Below are positions 1 to 12,111 of a stretch of 64,000 bases of DNA, piece after piece. The DNA lies in NCBI GenBank assembly GCA_963747235.1, contig CAVVEU010000029.1, positions 96,001-160,000 of the forward strand, in the 5' to 3' direction. The notes beneath the pieces are model-generated. The model had not been told where the DNA came from, searched no databases, and saw only the letters and a program-made list of their open reading frames with translations. Position 1 is the stretch's first letter; each line of letters opens with the position of its first letter. The DNA comes from an uncultured Candidatus Rokubacteria bacterium. GTDB lineage: Bacteria; Methylomirabilota; Methylomirabilia; Rokubacteriales; CSP1-6. The position numbers and the translations under genes are program-made.

Positions 1-493
1 ATTCCCCAGGACAACCTGCCGCCGGTGCTCGCCCGCCAGCGCGCGGGCGGGTCCATCCCGGTGGACGCCTACGATCGCGAGGGCCGCACCAAGCTGGCGA
101 CCGGCGTCCTGGTCGCGGTGGACAACCAGATCGACGCCGGCGACCGGCACCGTCAAGCTCAAGGCCTCCTTCGTCAATGGCGACGGCTCGCTGTTCCCGA
201 ACCAGTTCGTCAACGCGCGCATCCTCGTGGATTCGCTCCGCGGCGCGGTGCTGGTGCCGAACGAGGCGATCCAGCGCGGCGCCCAGGGGCCCTTCGTCTA
301 CCTGGTGAAGCCGGACAAGACGGTCGAGCTGCGGAAGGTCACGCCCGGGCCCAGCGAGGGCGGCGTCACCGCGGTGCGCGACGGCGTGGCCGCGGGCGAC
401 GCCCTCATCGTGGACGGGGCCGACCGCGTGCAGGAGCGCTCGCGCGTGGAGCCCACGAGCCGCGAGCGGCCCGCCGCGCGCGCGGCTCCATGA
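1..493 (+). CDS. mdtA: RND efflux periplasmic adaptor (MdtA/MuxA family), 3' part; truncated by the window edge, one frameshift near 140
   Basis: Reads VAVDNQID...[24 protein letters not shown]...[21 protein letters not shown] across two frames. Its TGA overlaps the ATG of the next RND gene (ATGA at 490-493). Confidence 0.85.
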   Translation, partial: FPRTTCRRCSPASARAGPSRWTPTIARAAPSWRPASWSRWTTRSTPATGTVKLKASFVNGDGSLFPNQFVNARILVDSLRGAVLVPNEAIQRGAQGPFVYLVKPDKTVELRKVTPGPSEGGVTAVRDGVAAGDALIVDGADRVQERSRVEPTSRERPAARAAP

Positions 494-3400
494 ACCCGTC
501 GCGCGTCTTCATCCTCCGGCCGGTCGCCACCTCGCTGCTCACCGTCGCCATCGTTCTCGCCGGGATCGTCGCCTACCGGCTGCTCGCGGTCTCGGCCCTG
601 CCCCAGGTGGACTACCCGACCATGCAGGTGCAGACGTTCTACCCGGGGGCGAGCCCGGACGTGATGGCCTCCGCGGTCACCGCGCCGCTCGAGCGCCAGT
701 TCGGGCAGATGCCCGGGCTCAAGCAGATGACCTCCACCAGCTCGAGTACCGCGTCGGTCATCACGCTGCAGTTCGACCTCAACCTGGCCCTGGACGTCGC
801 GGAGCAGCAGGTGCAGGCCGCGATCAACGCGGCCACGTCGTTCCTGCCCGGCGACCTGCCCAACCCGCCGATCTACAGCAAGGTCAATCCCGCCGACGCG
901 CCGATCCTCACCCTGGGCCTCACCTCCGCCTCCCTGCCGCTCACCACCGTGCAGGACCTGGCCGACACCCGCCTCGTGCCGAAGATCTCCCAGCTTCCCG
1001 GGGTGGGCCTGGTCAGCCTGAGCGGCGGCCAGAAGCCGGCGATCCGGATCCAGGTCAATCCCGCGCTCCTCGCCGCCAACGGGCTCACCCTCGACGACGT
1101 GCGCGGCGGCGGTGGCCGCGGCCAACGTGAACCAGGCCAAGGGCAGCCTCGACGGCAGCCGTCAGGCCTTCACCATCGGCGCCAACGACCAGCTCACGTC
1201 GAGCGATCAGTACGGGAACCTGGTGGTGGCCTATCGCAACGGCGCGCCGGTGCACCTCTCCGACGTGGCCGACACGCGTGGACGACGCGGAGAACCTGCG
1301 GCAGGCCGCGTGGATGGACGATGGAGCCCGCGGTCATCGTCAACATCCAGCGCCAGCCGGGCGCGAACCTCATCCAGGTGGTGGACCGCGTCAAGCAGCT
1401 CCTGCCCCAGCTCCAGAGCACCCTGCCCGGCTCGGTGAAGGTCGCGATCCTGACCGACCGCACCACCACCATCCGGGCCTCGGTGCACGACGTGCAGGTC
1501 GAGCTGATGCTGGCGGTGGTCCTGGTCGTCCTCGTGATCTTCCTGTTCCTGGGCAGCCCCGCCGCCACCTTCATCCCGTCGATCGCGGTGCCCGTCTCCA
1601 TCATCGGGACGTTCGCGGTCATGTATGCGCTGAACTTCAGCCTGAACAACCTCTCCCTGATGGCGCTCACCATCGCCACCGGCTTCGTGGTGGACGACGC
1701 GGTGGTCATGATCGAGAACATCGCCCGCTACCTCGAGGCGGGCGACGCGCCGCTCGAGGCCGCGCTCAAGGGCTCGGCCCAGATCGGCTTCACGATCCTC
1801 TCCCTGACCGTCTCTCTCATCGCGGTGCTGATCCCGCTCCTCTTCATGGGCGACATCGTGGGCCGGCTCTTCCGCGAGTTCGCGATCACGCTGAGCGCGG
1901 CGATCCTGGTGTCCGCCGCGGTGTCCCTGACCCTCACGCCCCATGCTCTGCGCCCGGCTCCTGCAGCACCGCGAGGAGCGAAACCCGGGCCCGTGGCCCG
2001 CGCCTCCCAGGCCGTCTTCAACCGGGTCCTCGCCCTCTACGCGCGCACCCTCCGGGTGGTGCTCGATCACCAGCCCGCGACCCTGCTGGTGGCGGTGGCG
2101 ACGCTCGGGCTCACCCTCGTCCTCTACGTGGCGGTGCCCAAGGGCCTCTTCCCGGTCCAGGACACCGGGGTGATCCTGGGCATCTCGGAGGCGCCCCAGA
2201 GCGTCTCCTTCCCGGCCATGGCCCAGCGCCAGCGCGCCCTCGCCCAGGCCATCCTGCGCGATCCGGCGGTGGCCACCCTCTCGTCGTTCATCGGGATCGA
2301 CGGCACCAACGTGACGCTCAACAGCGGGCGCCTGCTGATCACGCTCAAGCCGCTCGACGAGCGGCGGGCCTCGGTGGGCGCGATCATCGACCGCCTGCGC
2401 CCGCGCCTCGCCGAGGTGAGCGGCATCACGCTCTATCTCCAGCCGGTGCAGGACCTCACGGTGGAGGACCGGGTGAGCCGCACCCAGTACCAGTACAGCC
2501 TGGAGAACCCGAGCGTGGACGAGCTCAACACGTGGGCCCCGCGCCTGGTGGAGCGCCTGCGGGCCCTGCCCGAGCTGCGGGACGTGGCGAGCGATCAGCA
2601 GGACCAGGGGCTCGAGACGTCGATCCGCATCGACCGCAGCACCGCGTCGCGCCTCGGGATCACGCCCCAGATGATCGACGACGCGCTCTACAACGCCTTC
2701 GGCCAGCGCCAGATCTCGACGATCTTCACCCAGCTCAACCAGTACCGCGTCGTGCTCGAGGTCAAGCCCGAGTTCCGCCAGAGTCCGGACGCGCTCAGCA
2801 GATCTACCTGCGCTCGGCCGGGGCGGCCAGGTGCCGCTCTCGACGTTCACCGCCATCGAGGAGCGGGCCACCCCGCTGCTGGTCAGCCACCAGGGCCAGT
2901 TCCCGGCGGTGACCGTCTCCTTCAACCTGGCGCCCGGCGTGTCGCTCGGCGCGGCGGTGGACGTCATCGAGCGGGCCCGGCGCGATCTCAGGATGCCCGC
3001 GGGCATCGAGACGCGGCTTCCAGGGCGCCGCGCACGCCTTCCAGGCCTCGCTCGCCAACGAGCCGCTCCTGATCCTGGCCGCGGTGTTCACGGTCTACAT
3101 CGTGCTGGGCGTGCTCTACGAGAGCTGGATCCACCCGGTGACCATCCTGTCCACCCTGCCCTCGGCCGGCGTCGGCGCCCTGCTCGCCCTGATGGCGGCG
3201 CGCCTCGACCTGAGCGTGATCGCGCTGATCGGCATCATCCTGCTCATCGGCATCGTGATGAAGAACGCGATCATGATGATCGACTTCGCGCTCGACGCCC
3301 AGCGCACCGAGGGCAAGCCCGCGCCCGAGGCGATCTACCAGGCCTGCCTGCTGCGCTTCCGCCCGATCGTGATGACCACGATGGCCGCGCTGCTGGGCGG

Positions 3401-3608
3401 CGTGCCGCTGGCGCTGGGCCAGGGCGTCGGCTCCGAGCTGCGCCAGCCGCTCGGCATCGCGATCGTGGGCGGGCTCATCATGAGCCAGCTCCTCACGCTC
3501 TACACCACCCCGGTGATCTACCTCGCCTTCGACCGGCTCGCCGCGCGCGCCACCCGGCGCCGCGCCGCCCCCGCGGGCCCCCTCGCCGCCGCGGAGCCCC
3601 GCGCGTGA
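490..3608 (+). CDS. mdtB: Multidrug efflux RND permease MdtB/MuxB (several frameshifts)
   Basis: [17 protein letters not shown]...[60 protein letters not shown]. The pieces lie in ORFs 25-3072, 1112-1438, 2831- and 3084-3608. Confidence 0.9.
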
Positions 3609-6600
3609 ACCTCTCCGGCCCCTTCATCCGGCGGCCGGTCGGCACCACGCTGCTGACCGTCGCGCTGGTGCTGGCGGGCGTCATCGGCTTCCAGCTCCTG
3701 CCGGTGGCGCCGCTGCCCCAGGTGGACTTCCCCACCATCAACGTCTCCACCGGCCTGCCCGGCGCGAGCCCGCTCGACCATGGCCTCGGCGGTGGCCACC
3801 CCGCTCGAGCGCCAGTTCACCCGCATCGCCGCGGTCAGCGAGATGACCTCCACGAGCTTCCTGGGCTCGACGAGCGTGGCGCTGCAGTTCGATCTCTCGC
3901 GCGACATCAACGGCGCCGCCCGCGACGTGCAGTCGGCCATCAACGCGGCGAGCGGCCAGCTCCCCTCGAACCTCCCGAGCAATCCCACCTACCGCAAGGT
4001 CAACCCGGCCGACGCGCCGATCATGATCCTGGCGCTGACCTCCGCCACCGCGACCCCGGGCAAGCTCTACGACATGGCCTCCACGATCCTCCAGCAGAAG
4101 CTGGCCCAGCTCGAAGGCGTCGGGCAGGTCTTCGTGGGCGGCAGCTCGCTGCCCGCGGTGCGGGTGGAGCTCGAATCCCCACGCGCTCGCCCGCTACGGC
4201 ATCGGGCTCGAGGACGTGCGCGCGGTGCTGGCCAGCGCCAACGTCAACCGGCCCAAGGGCCAGATCCACGGGCCGGAGCGGGCGTGGGAGATCCGCACCA
4301 GCGACCAGATCCGCTACGCGGCGGAGTACCGCCCGCTGCTGGTGGCCTGGCGCAACGGGGCCGCGGTCCGCCTGGAGGACGTGGCCGACGTGCGCGACTC
4401 GGTCGAGGACCTGCGCTCGATCGGCCTCGCCAACGGCCAGCGCGCCGCGCTCCTCATCATCTTCCGCCAGCCCGGCGCCAACATCATCGACGCGGTGGAC
4501 CGCATCCGCGCGGCGCTGCCCGAGCTGCACGCGCTCCTGCCCGCCGACGTCGGCCCTGACCCCGGTCCTGGACCAGACCGTCACGATCCGCGCCTCGGTG
4601 GCCGACGTGGAGCACGCCCTGATGATCTCGGTGGCCCTGGTGGTGCTGCGTGGTGTTCCTGTTCCTGCGCGACTGGCGCGCCACCGCGATCCCCGGGGTG
4701 GCGGTGCCGGTGTCCCTCATCGGCACCTTCGCCTTCATGTACCTGATGGGCTACAGCATCGACAACCTGTCGCTGATGGCCCTCACGGTGGCCACCGGCT
4801 TCGTGGTGGACGACGCGATCGTGGTGGTGGAGAACGTCATGCGCCACCTCGAGGCGGGCATGCCCCCGCTCGAGGCGGCGATCACGGGCGCCCGCGAGAT
4901 CGGCTTCACCGTGCTGTCGATCAGCATCTCGCTGGTGGCGGTCTTCATCCCGATCCTCCTGATGGGCGGGCTCGATCGGGCGACTCTTCCGCGAGTTCGC
5001 GGTGGTGCTCTCGATCGCCGTCCTCGTCTCGCTGGTCGTCTCGCTCACCGTCACCCCGATGATGTGCGCGCGGCTGCTCCGCTCGCGCGAGGGCCGGCCC
5101 ACGGCCGCCTCTACCGCGGCGGCGAGCGGGTGTTCGGCTGGGTCGCCGCGGCTACGAGCGGTCGCTCGGCTGGGCCCTCCACGTACCCGCGCACCGTGCT
5201 GCTGATCGCCGGACTCGACCTGCGCGGTCAACGTGTATCTCTTCGTGGCGATCCCCAAGGGCTTCTTCCCCCAGCAGGACAACGGCCGGCTCAGCGGCGC
5301 CATCGTGGCCGCCCAGGACATCGTCGTTCCAGGCCATGCGCCGACAAGGTGACCCGCTACGCGGCGATCGTGCACGGCGATCCGGCGGTCGCCACCGTCA
5401 CCGCCTACACCGGCGGCGGGGCCCGCGGCACCACCGTCAATACCGCGCGCATGTTCATCGCGCTCAAGCCGCGCCGGGAGCGCGACGCCACCGCCGACGA
5501 GGTGATCACCCGGCTGCGCCCGAAGCTCGCGCGCGTCGCCGGGGCCACCTGCTATCTCCAGGCGGTGCAGGACATCCGGCTGGGCGGGCGCATGGGCAAC
5601 GCGCAGTACCAGTACACGCTGCAGGCCGACCGTCTGGAGGATCTGAGCGAGTGGGCCCCGCGCATGCTCCAGACCCTGCGCGCGCCTCCCCGAGCTGCGC
5701 GACGTCTCGAGCGACCAGCAGGACGCGGGGCTGCAGGTGCCGCTCACCATCGATCGGGACACCGCGGCCCGGCTCGGGGTGAGCACGCGGCTCATCGACG
5801 AGACGCTCTACAGCGCCTTCGGGCAGCGCCAGGTGTCGACCATCTACACCCAGCTCAACCAGTACCGGGTGGTGATGGAGGTGGCGCCCGAGTTCTGGCA
5901 GAGCCCCGACGCCCTCCGCAACATCCACGTCCAGTCGGAGCGCGGCGAGTCCGTCCCCCTCACCGCGCTCACCCGCTTCGAGCCGAGCGCGGCCCCGCTG
6001 CAGGTGAACCACCAGGGCCTCTTCCCGTCCGTGACGCTCTCGTTCAACCTGGCCCCCGGGGTGGCCCTCGGCGAGGCGGTCACCGCGGTGGAGGAGCGCG
6101 GCGCGCCGCATCGCGCTGCCCGCGAGCATCCGCGGCAAGTTCGCGGGCGCGGCCCAGGCCTTCCAGGCCTCGCTGTCCACCCAGCCGCTCCTGATCCTGG
6201 CCGCCCTCGTCGCGGTCTACATCGTGCTCGGCATGCTCTACGAGAGCTTCGTCCACCCGCTCACCATCCTGTCCACCCTGCCCTCGGCCGGGGTGGGCGC
6301 GCTGCTCGCGCTGCTCGCGTGCGGGATGGAGCTGTCGATCATCGCGATGATCGGCATCATCCTGCTGATCGGCATCGTGAAGAAGAACGCGATCATGGTC
6401 ATCGACGTCGCGCTCGATCTCGAGCGGCGCGAGGGCCGCGCCCCCCGCGAGGCCATCCACGAGGCCTGCCTGCGCCGGCTGCGGCCCATCCTGATGACCA
6501 CCATGGCCGCGCTGCTGGGCGCCCTGCCCCTGGCGCTCGGCACCGGCACCGGCTCCGAGCTGCGCCGCCCGCTGGGCGTCAGCATCGTGGGCGGCCTGCT

Positions 6601-6748
6601 GCTGAGCCAGCTCCTCACGCTCTACACGACGCCCGTCGTGTACCTGTTCCTCGAGCGCTGGCGCTTGCGCACGGTGAGCGGCTGGCGCAAGCTCGGCGAG
6701 CGGCTCGGCGGGCGACGGCCCATCGAGCAGATCAGCGGCGGCAAGTAA
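3605..6748 (+). CDS. mdtC: Multidrug efflux RND permease MdtC/MuxC (many frameshifts)
   Basis: GTG start overlaps the mdtB stop (GTGA). [17 protein letters not shown]...[42 protein letters not shown]. It is the second RND paralogue in tandem, as in mdtABC. Confidence 0.88.
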
Positions 6749-6781
6749 CCCCCTTCCAGTCCCGAGGAGAAGACGACCGTC

Positions 6782-7399
6782 ATGGAGCTCGATCCCCAGA
6801 CCATGAAGTCCGAGTCCACCTACAAGCTGCTGATCGGCTGCGTGGTGCCGCGGCCGATCGCGTGGGTCTCCACGGTGGGCGCGGACGGCGTGAACAACCT
6901 CGCCCCCTTCAGCTTCTTCATGGGGGTCTGCCAGGACCCGCCGACCATCGCGTTCTCGTCGGGCCCGCGCGCGAGGGATCGCAAGGACACCGTGCGGAAC
7001 GCCGAGCACACCGGCGACTTCGTGGTCAACATCGTGGACGACGACCGCGCCGAGCAGATGAACCTGACCTCGGGCGAGTACCCGCCCGAGGTGGACGAGT
7101 TCGCGCTCACCGGCCTCACCGCCGCCCCCGGCGTGCGGGTGCGCTCGCCGCGCGTGGTCCAGGCCCCGGTCAGCCTCGAGTGCCGCGTGGCCCAGATCAT
7201 CCCGGTCGGGCGCGGGCCCCACAGCCTGGTGCTGGGCGAGATCGTGTACTTCCACGTGCGCGACGACGTCTACGACGCGGCCACCGGGCGCATCGACGTG
7301 GCGCGCCTCAAGCCGGTCGGCCGCCTCGCCGGCCACCAGTACACCTACGTCCACGAGATCTTCGAGATGAAGCGCCCCAACGAGAACTACCGGGGGTAG
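6782..7399 (+). CDS. Flavin reductase family protein (FMN-binding split barrel)
   Basis: YKLLIGCVVPRPIAWVST...NNLAPFSFF...KDTVRN...FVVNIV...PVGRLAGHQY; SD GAGGAG upstream. Confidence 0.9.
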   Translation: MELDPQTMKSESTYKLLIGCVVPRPIAWVSTVGADGVNNLAPFSFFMGVCQDPPTIAFSSGPRARDRKDTVRNAEHTGDFVVNIVDDDRAEQMNLTSGEYPPEVDEFALTGLTAAPGVRVRSPRVVQAPVSLECRVAQIIPVGRGPHSLVLGEIVYFHVRDDVYDAATGRIDVARLKPVGRLAGHQYTYVHEIFEMKRPNENYRG

Positions 7400-7459
7400 C
7401 GAGCCGGCCGATCGGGCGTGGACGAGCCAGTCCTCCGGACGTGCAGGCCCCGGCGCCGA

Positions 7460-8521
7460 TCACGCCGTCTCGCGCCGGATCTCCTGGACCAGCTCGCGCA
7501 GGATGCCCTGCTCGCCGGGGGTCGCGGCGGGGATGCTGAACTCCACGTCGGTGACGAGGCCCCGGTAGCGGTCCACGAGCTTCCGGCCGATCTGCGCATA
7601 GGTCCCCACCACCGCGTAGGTGTGCAGCACCTCGTCGGTGATGCGCGGCGGCATCTCCTCCCAGCGCTGGGCCCGCGACAGCACGGCCAGCTCGGCGGCC
7701 AGGTCGCCCAGGCCGTGCACCTCGAAGGCGGCGCGGTAACCCGGGGTGGAGGCGTAGAAGGCCACCCGCGCCCGCACGTCCGGCACCCGCGCGGCGAGCG
7801 TCGCCTCGTCGGGCGCCGCGCAGATCAGCGGCTTCATCGCGACGGCGAGCGCGGGGCTGCGTCCCGCCGCCACCGCGCCCGCCCGCATCGCGGGCAGCAT
7901 GACGTCGCGGATGTAGCGCGGCGTGCACACCGGGTGCGGGCGCAGGCCGTCGGCCACCTCGCCCACGAAGCGGCACATGGTCGGATTCACCGCGGCCACG
8001 TGGATCGGGATGTCCGGGTGCTCGATCGGGCCCGGGTCGAAGAGCGGAACCATCAGGCTCAGGTTGTAGTGCGGGCTCTCGAAGGCGAGCGGCGTCCGCT
8101 GCTGCCACGCCGTCCACACCGCGCGCACCGCCCGGACGTAGTCGCGCATCCACGGGCCGGGCGGGCGATACGGCAGGCCGAAGCGCCGCGTGATGTGTCC
8201 CCGCACCTGGCTGCCCAGCCCCAGCACGAAGCGCCCGCGCGAGAGCTTCTGGATGTTCCACGCCGACATCGCGGTGATGGTGGGGCTGCGCGGGAACGCC
8301 ATCGCCACCGCGGTGGTGAGACGGAGGCGCGTGGTCGCGGCCGCGGCCAGCGCCATGACCACGTACGGGTCCACCTTGGTCTCCTCGACCGCGAGGCCGT
8401 CGTAGCCGAGCGATTCGACGAGCCGGGCGTCCTCGATCACGCGGCCGAGATCGAGCGGCGTCTCCGCGGCGCGAAGGCCGGGGTCGAGCTTGCCGAGCGG
8501 GAGGAGCGTCTCGACGCGCAT
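7460..8521 (-). CDS. LLM-class (probably F420-dependent, TIGR03617-like) oxidoreductase
   Basis: EETKVDPY...AFPRSP...LSRGRFVLGLGSQVRGHITRRFG...AFYASTPGY. Intact 353-aa ORF. Confidence 0.85.
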   Translation of the reverse strand: MRVETLLPLGKLDPGLRAAETPLDLGRVIEDARLVESLGYDGLAVEETKVDPYVVMALAAAATTRLRLTTAVAMAFPRSPTITAMSAWNIQKLSRGRFVLGLGSQVRGHITRRFGLPYRPPGPWMRDYVRAVRAVWTAWQQRTPLAFESPHYNLSLMVPLFDPGPIEHPDIPIHVAAVNPTMCRFVGEVADGLRPHPVCTPRYIRDVMLPAMRAGAVAAGRSPALAVAMKPLICAAPDEATLAARVPDVRARVAFYASTPGYRAAFEVHGLGDLAAELAVLSRAQRWEEMPPRITDEVLHTYAVVGTYAQIGRKLVDRYRGLVTDVEFSIPAATPGEQGILRELVQEIRRETA

Positions 8522-8551
8522 CGGGCGTCATGCTAGCGGATGCATTTCCAC

Positions 8552-8580
8552 CTGACAACGGCCTCGAGACGGGCTATCGT
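8552..8580 (+). promoter_or_regulatory. Putative sigma70-type promoter, probably leaderless, for the lactonase-like gene
   Basis: CTGACA (8552-8557), 17 nt, TATCGT (8575-8580); the GTG start follows 6 nt later with no SD. Confidence 0.45.
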
Positions 8581-8586
8581 ACCGCC

Positions 8587-9361
8587 GTGATCCAGACTCT
8601 TCGCGCTCTGCGGCGGCTACATCGAGCTGGACCGGGCCAGCATGCTGGACGACCTCCCGGCGGGGCAGCCGTGGACGGTCCCGGTGATGACCTTCCTGGT
8701 CGCGCATCCCCGCGGCCGGCTCCTCTTCGACACCGGCATCCACGCGCAGGCCCGCGTGGATCCGATCGGGCGCATGGGCGCGGAGCGCGCCAAGCGGCTC
8801 GTTGTGAAGTCGAAGGAAGGTGAAGACGTGGTGCCCCAGCTCGGCCTGCTCGGCCTCCGGCCCGACGAGGTCCGCTACGTGGCCAACTCGCACCTGCACT
8901 TCGACCACTGCGGCGGCAACGAGTTCTTCCCGCGCGCGACCTTCCTGGTGCAGAAGGCGGAGATGGACGCGGCGCGGCGGCCCGGCTTCGCCCCCGGCTA
9001 CAACCCGAGCCCGATCGACTTCGACCACCCCCTCGACTACCGGCTCATGGACGGCGAGCACGACGTGTTCGGCGACGGCAGCGTGATCCTCTTCCCCACC
9101 TTCGGCCACACGCCCGGGCATCAGTCGCTGCGCGTGCGCCTGGGCAAGGGCGCGGACATGGTCTGCGCCGCCGACGCCTGCTACACGCGGGAGAACATGG
9201 ATCGGGACGTGCTGCCGCGCATCCTGTGGAACGGCCCGATCATGCGCGAGTCGCTCGCCACCCTGCGGCGCCTCCGGGACCAGGCCGGCGCCACCGTCTT
9301 CTTCGGTCACGATCCCGCGCAGTGGCAGGCCACGCCCCGGGCGCCTGCCGCCATCGCCTGA
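8587..9361 (+). CDS. Metallo-beta-lactamase-fold hydrolase, N-acyl homoserine lactonase (AiiA/AttM) family; frameshift at the extreme 5' end
   Basis: LLFDTG, NSHLHFDHCGG (HxHxDH), GHTPGHQS, ADACY, GHD. Confidence 0.85.
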
Positions 9362-9374
9362 CCCGAGGCCTCCG

Positions 9375-10217
9375 GTGCTCGCCACCCTGCTCGACGGGCT
9401 GACGTTCCCCGAAGCGCCCCGCTGGCACGACGGCCGCCTCTGGTTCTCGGACTTCTACACCCAGCGCGTCGTCGCGGTGGATCCCGCCGGCCGCGCCGAG
9501 ACCATGTTGGAGGTCCCGCAGCGGCCGTCGGGCCTCGGCTGGACGCCGGACGGCGCGCTGCTCGTCGTCTCCATGCTCGACCGCCGCCTGCTCCGCGTGG
9601 AGCACGGCACGACGCGCGTGCTCGCCGATCTCTCCGCGGTCGCGACCGGGCCGTGCAACGACATGGTGGTGGACGGCCGGGGCCGGGCCTACGTCGGCAA
9701 CTTCGGCTACGACCGGCACAAGGGCGAGCCGCCGCGGACCACGTGCCTGGCGCGCGTGGACCCGGACGGCCGCGTCACCCGCGCGGCCGAGGACCTCTTC
9801 TTCCCCAACGGCACCGTCATCACCCCCGACGGCCGCACCATGATCGTCGGCGAGACGCAGGGCCATCGCCTCACCGCCTTCGACGTGGCCCCCGACGGCA
9901 CGCTGAGCAACCGGCGCGTGTGGGCCGCAGCTCGACGGACGCGTCTTCCCCGACGGCATCTGCCTCGACGCCGAGGGCGCGATCTGGGTCTCCGACGCGC
10001 GCGGCATTCGCGCTGCTGCGCGTGCGCGAAGGCGGCAAGATCGACGGCACCGTGTCCACCGGCGACCCGGTACGCCTTCGCCTGCATGCTCGGCGGCGCC
10101 GACCGCCGGACCCTGTTCGCCTGCACCAGCACCGGCAGCGGGCCGGCCATGGCCGACAAGCGCGACGGCGCGATCGAGACCGTCCGCGTGGACGTGCCCG
10201 GCGCCGGGCTCCCCTGA
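9375..10217 (+). CDS. SMP-30/gluconolactonase/LRE family protein (compensating frameshifts at ~9930-10070)
   Basis: FPEAPRWHDGRLWFSD, PSGLGW, CNDMVVD, FPNGTVITPDG, and FPDGICLDAEG in the shifted frame. Confidence 0.85.
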   Translation: MLATLLDGLTFPEAPRWHDGRLWFSDFYTQRVVAVDPAGRAETMLEVPQRPSGLGWTPDGALLVVSMLDRRLLRVEHGTTRVLADLSAVATGPCNDMVVDGRGRAYVGNFGYDRHKGEPPRTTCLARVDPDGRVTRAAEDLFFPNGTVITPDGRTMIVGETQGHRLTAFDVAPDGTLSNRRVWAAARRTRLPRRHLPRRRGRDLGLRRARHSRCCACAKAARSTAPCPPATRYAFACMLGGADRRTLFACTSTGSGPAMADKRDGAIETVRVDVPGAGLP

Positions 10218-10242
10218 CCTCCTCACGAAAGGCTGGCCTGCC

Positions 10243-11076
10243 ATGAGCACGACAACCGCAGCGACGCGGCCCGACGACGACCTGGGACTGGCGGGACGGG
10301 TGGCCATCGTCACCGGCGGCGGGGCCGTCGGCGACGGCATCGGCAACGGGCGCGCGGCCTGCATCCTGCTGGCGCGCAGCGGGACCGACGTCCTGGTCGT
10401 CGACCGCGACGAGGGCCTCGCCAAGCGCACCGTCGAGATGATCACCGGCGAAGGCGGGAAGGCCTCCGCGCTCGCGGTGGACGTCACCGACGAGGCGCAG
10501 TGCGCGACGATGGCCCGCGAGGCGGTGAGCCGCTACGGCCGGCTCGACTTCCTGATCAACAACGTGGGCATCGGCAGCAAGGGCACCGTGGTGGAGGAGA
10601 AGCCCGACACCTGGCGGCGGGTCATGCAGGTCAACGTCGAGACCATGTTCCTCGCCTCGAAGGCCGCGATCCCCGAGATGATCCGCACCGCCAAGAGCGG
10701 CGCCATCGTGAACATCTCCTCGATCTCGGCGCTGCGCCCGCGCGGGCTCACGACCTACTCGGCCTCCAAGGGCGCGGTGATCGCGCTCAGCAAAGCCATG
10801 GCGGTGGACCACGGCCCCGACGGCATCCGCGTCAACTGCATCGCCCCCGGCCCGGTGTACACGCCGATGGTCTACGCGCGCGGCATGAGCCCCGAGGCGC
10901 GCGACCAGCGGCGGCGCGCGTCCGTGCTCGCCCGCGAGGGCACCGGCTGGGACATCGGCCAGGCCGCGCGCTTCCTGCTGTCGGGCCACGCCCGCTACAT
11001 CACCGGCCACGTGCTGGTGGTGGACGGCGGCGCCACCCTCGTCGGCCCCGCCCGCGAATCCCTGACCGAGCACTGA
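10243..11076 (+). CDS. Short-chain dehydrogenase/reductase
   Basis: TGG...GIGNG, NNVG, NISS, YSASK (YxxxK), IRVNCIAPG. Confidence 0.92.
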   Translation: MSTTTAATRPDDDLGLAGRVAIVTGGGAVGDGIGNGRAACILLARSGTDVLVVDRDEGLAKRTVEMITGEGGKASALAVDVTDEAQCATMAREAVSRYGRLDFLINNVGIGSKGTVVEEKPDTWRRVMQVNVETMFLASKAAIPEMIRTAKSGAIVNISSISALRPRGLTTYSASKGAVIALSKAMAVDHGPDGIRVNCIAPGPVYTPMVYARGMSPEARDQRRRASVLAREGTGWDIGQAARFLLSGHARYITGHVLVVDGGATLVGPARESLTEH

Positions 11077-11114
11077 TCCGGATCAGCCCCCGGCACCCCT
11101 TCAAGGAGACCACG

Positions 11115-12051
11115 ATGCGCTTCGGCATGTTCACGAGCATGGGCAACCAGACGTGGCCGGCGGTTCTCGAGATGTGGAAGCACGCGGAGGCCACGAAGTG
11201 GGACGTGGCCTGCGTGACCGACCACTTCATGCCGAACACGAAGGAGCGCGAGGGCGCGATGCTGGAAGGCTGGAGCACGCTCACCGCGCTCTCCACGCTG
11301 GTGCCGCGCATCCAGGTCGGCACGATCGTGCTCGGCAACACGTATCGCCACCCGGCGGTGGTGGCCAAGATGGCCGCGCAGGTGGACATCATCTCGGGCG
11401 GGCGGCTCCTGCTCGGGCTCGGCGCGGGCTGGCAGGAGAACGAGCACGAGGCGTACGGCATCCCCTTCTACACGATGCGCGAGCGCCTCGAGCGGCTCGA
11501 CGAGGCCTGCCAGGTGATGAAGTCGCTGTGGACGCAGGACCGGAGCAACTTCAAGGGCCGCTACTACACGCTCTCGGACGCCCCGCTCCAGCCCAAGGCC
11601 GTGCAGACAGCCCCACCCCGAGCTGATGATCGGCGGCGGCGGCGAGAAGGTGACGCTCCTCACCGTGGCCCGCTACGCGGATCACTGGAACGTCTGGGGC
11701 GGACCCAAGGTGCTGGCCCACAAGGGCCGCATCCTCGACGAGCACTGCGCCAGCGTCGGGCGCGACCCCAGGACCATCCGCCACTCGGCCAACATGGCGC
11801 TGCTGATCACCGACAAGAAGGCCGAGGTGGACGCGCTGGCCGAGACGATCGGCTCCCGCATGGGGCGCCACGCCGCGGACGCGCGCGACACGTGCCTGGC
11901 CGGCACCCCGGAGCAGATCCGGGAGACGCTGGCCGAGCTGCGGGCCGCGAAGGTGGACACCCTGTTCATCCCGACCCTGTTCCGGCCCCTGCCGGAGCTG
12001 CGCCGGGACCTGGACCGCTTCATCGCGGAGATCGCTCCCGCGTTCCGCTGA
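11115..12051 (+). CDS. LLM-class (TIGR03560-like, probable F420-dependent) oxidoreductase; frameshift ~11610
   Basis: SD AAGGAG; MRFGMF...TDHFMP...NTYRHPAVVAKMAAQVDIISGGRLLLGLGAGWQENEH...MIGGGGEKVTL. Confidence 0.85.
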
Positions 12052-12084
12052 GCCTCCCGGGTAGGCTGCCCTCCGGGTAGGCTG
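12051..12084. repeat. Short tandem duplication / hairpin after a stop codon
   Basis: CCGGGTAGGCTG at 12057-12068 and 12073-12084. AGCCT-N7-AGGCT (12051-12067) can form a small hairpin. Confidence 0.5.
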
Positions 12085-12111
12085 ACGGCGGGGGCAAGGC
12101 ATACTGAGCCC

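Noticed and set aside
25-3072. Apparent MdtA-MdtB fusion, and similar chimeric ORFs (25498-27360, 35367-37907, 19934-22492)
   Set aside because: Produced by frameshifts or open upstream frames; internal starts with SD or overlapping stop/start codons mark the true genes.
490-6748. Programmed frameshifting or pseudogenisation of mdtBC
   Set aside because: The shifts occur at heterogeneous sites without slippery motifs, and similar indels affect unrelated genes throughout the window.
8588-8590. TGA at the 5' end of the lactonase frame as a second Sec codon
   Set aside because: It lies at the gene start, not in a redox motif, has no hairpin comparable to the one at 47732, and is better explained by an indel next to the GTG start.
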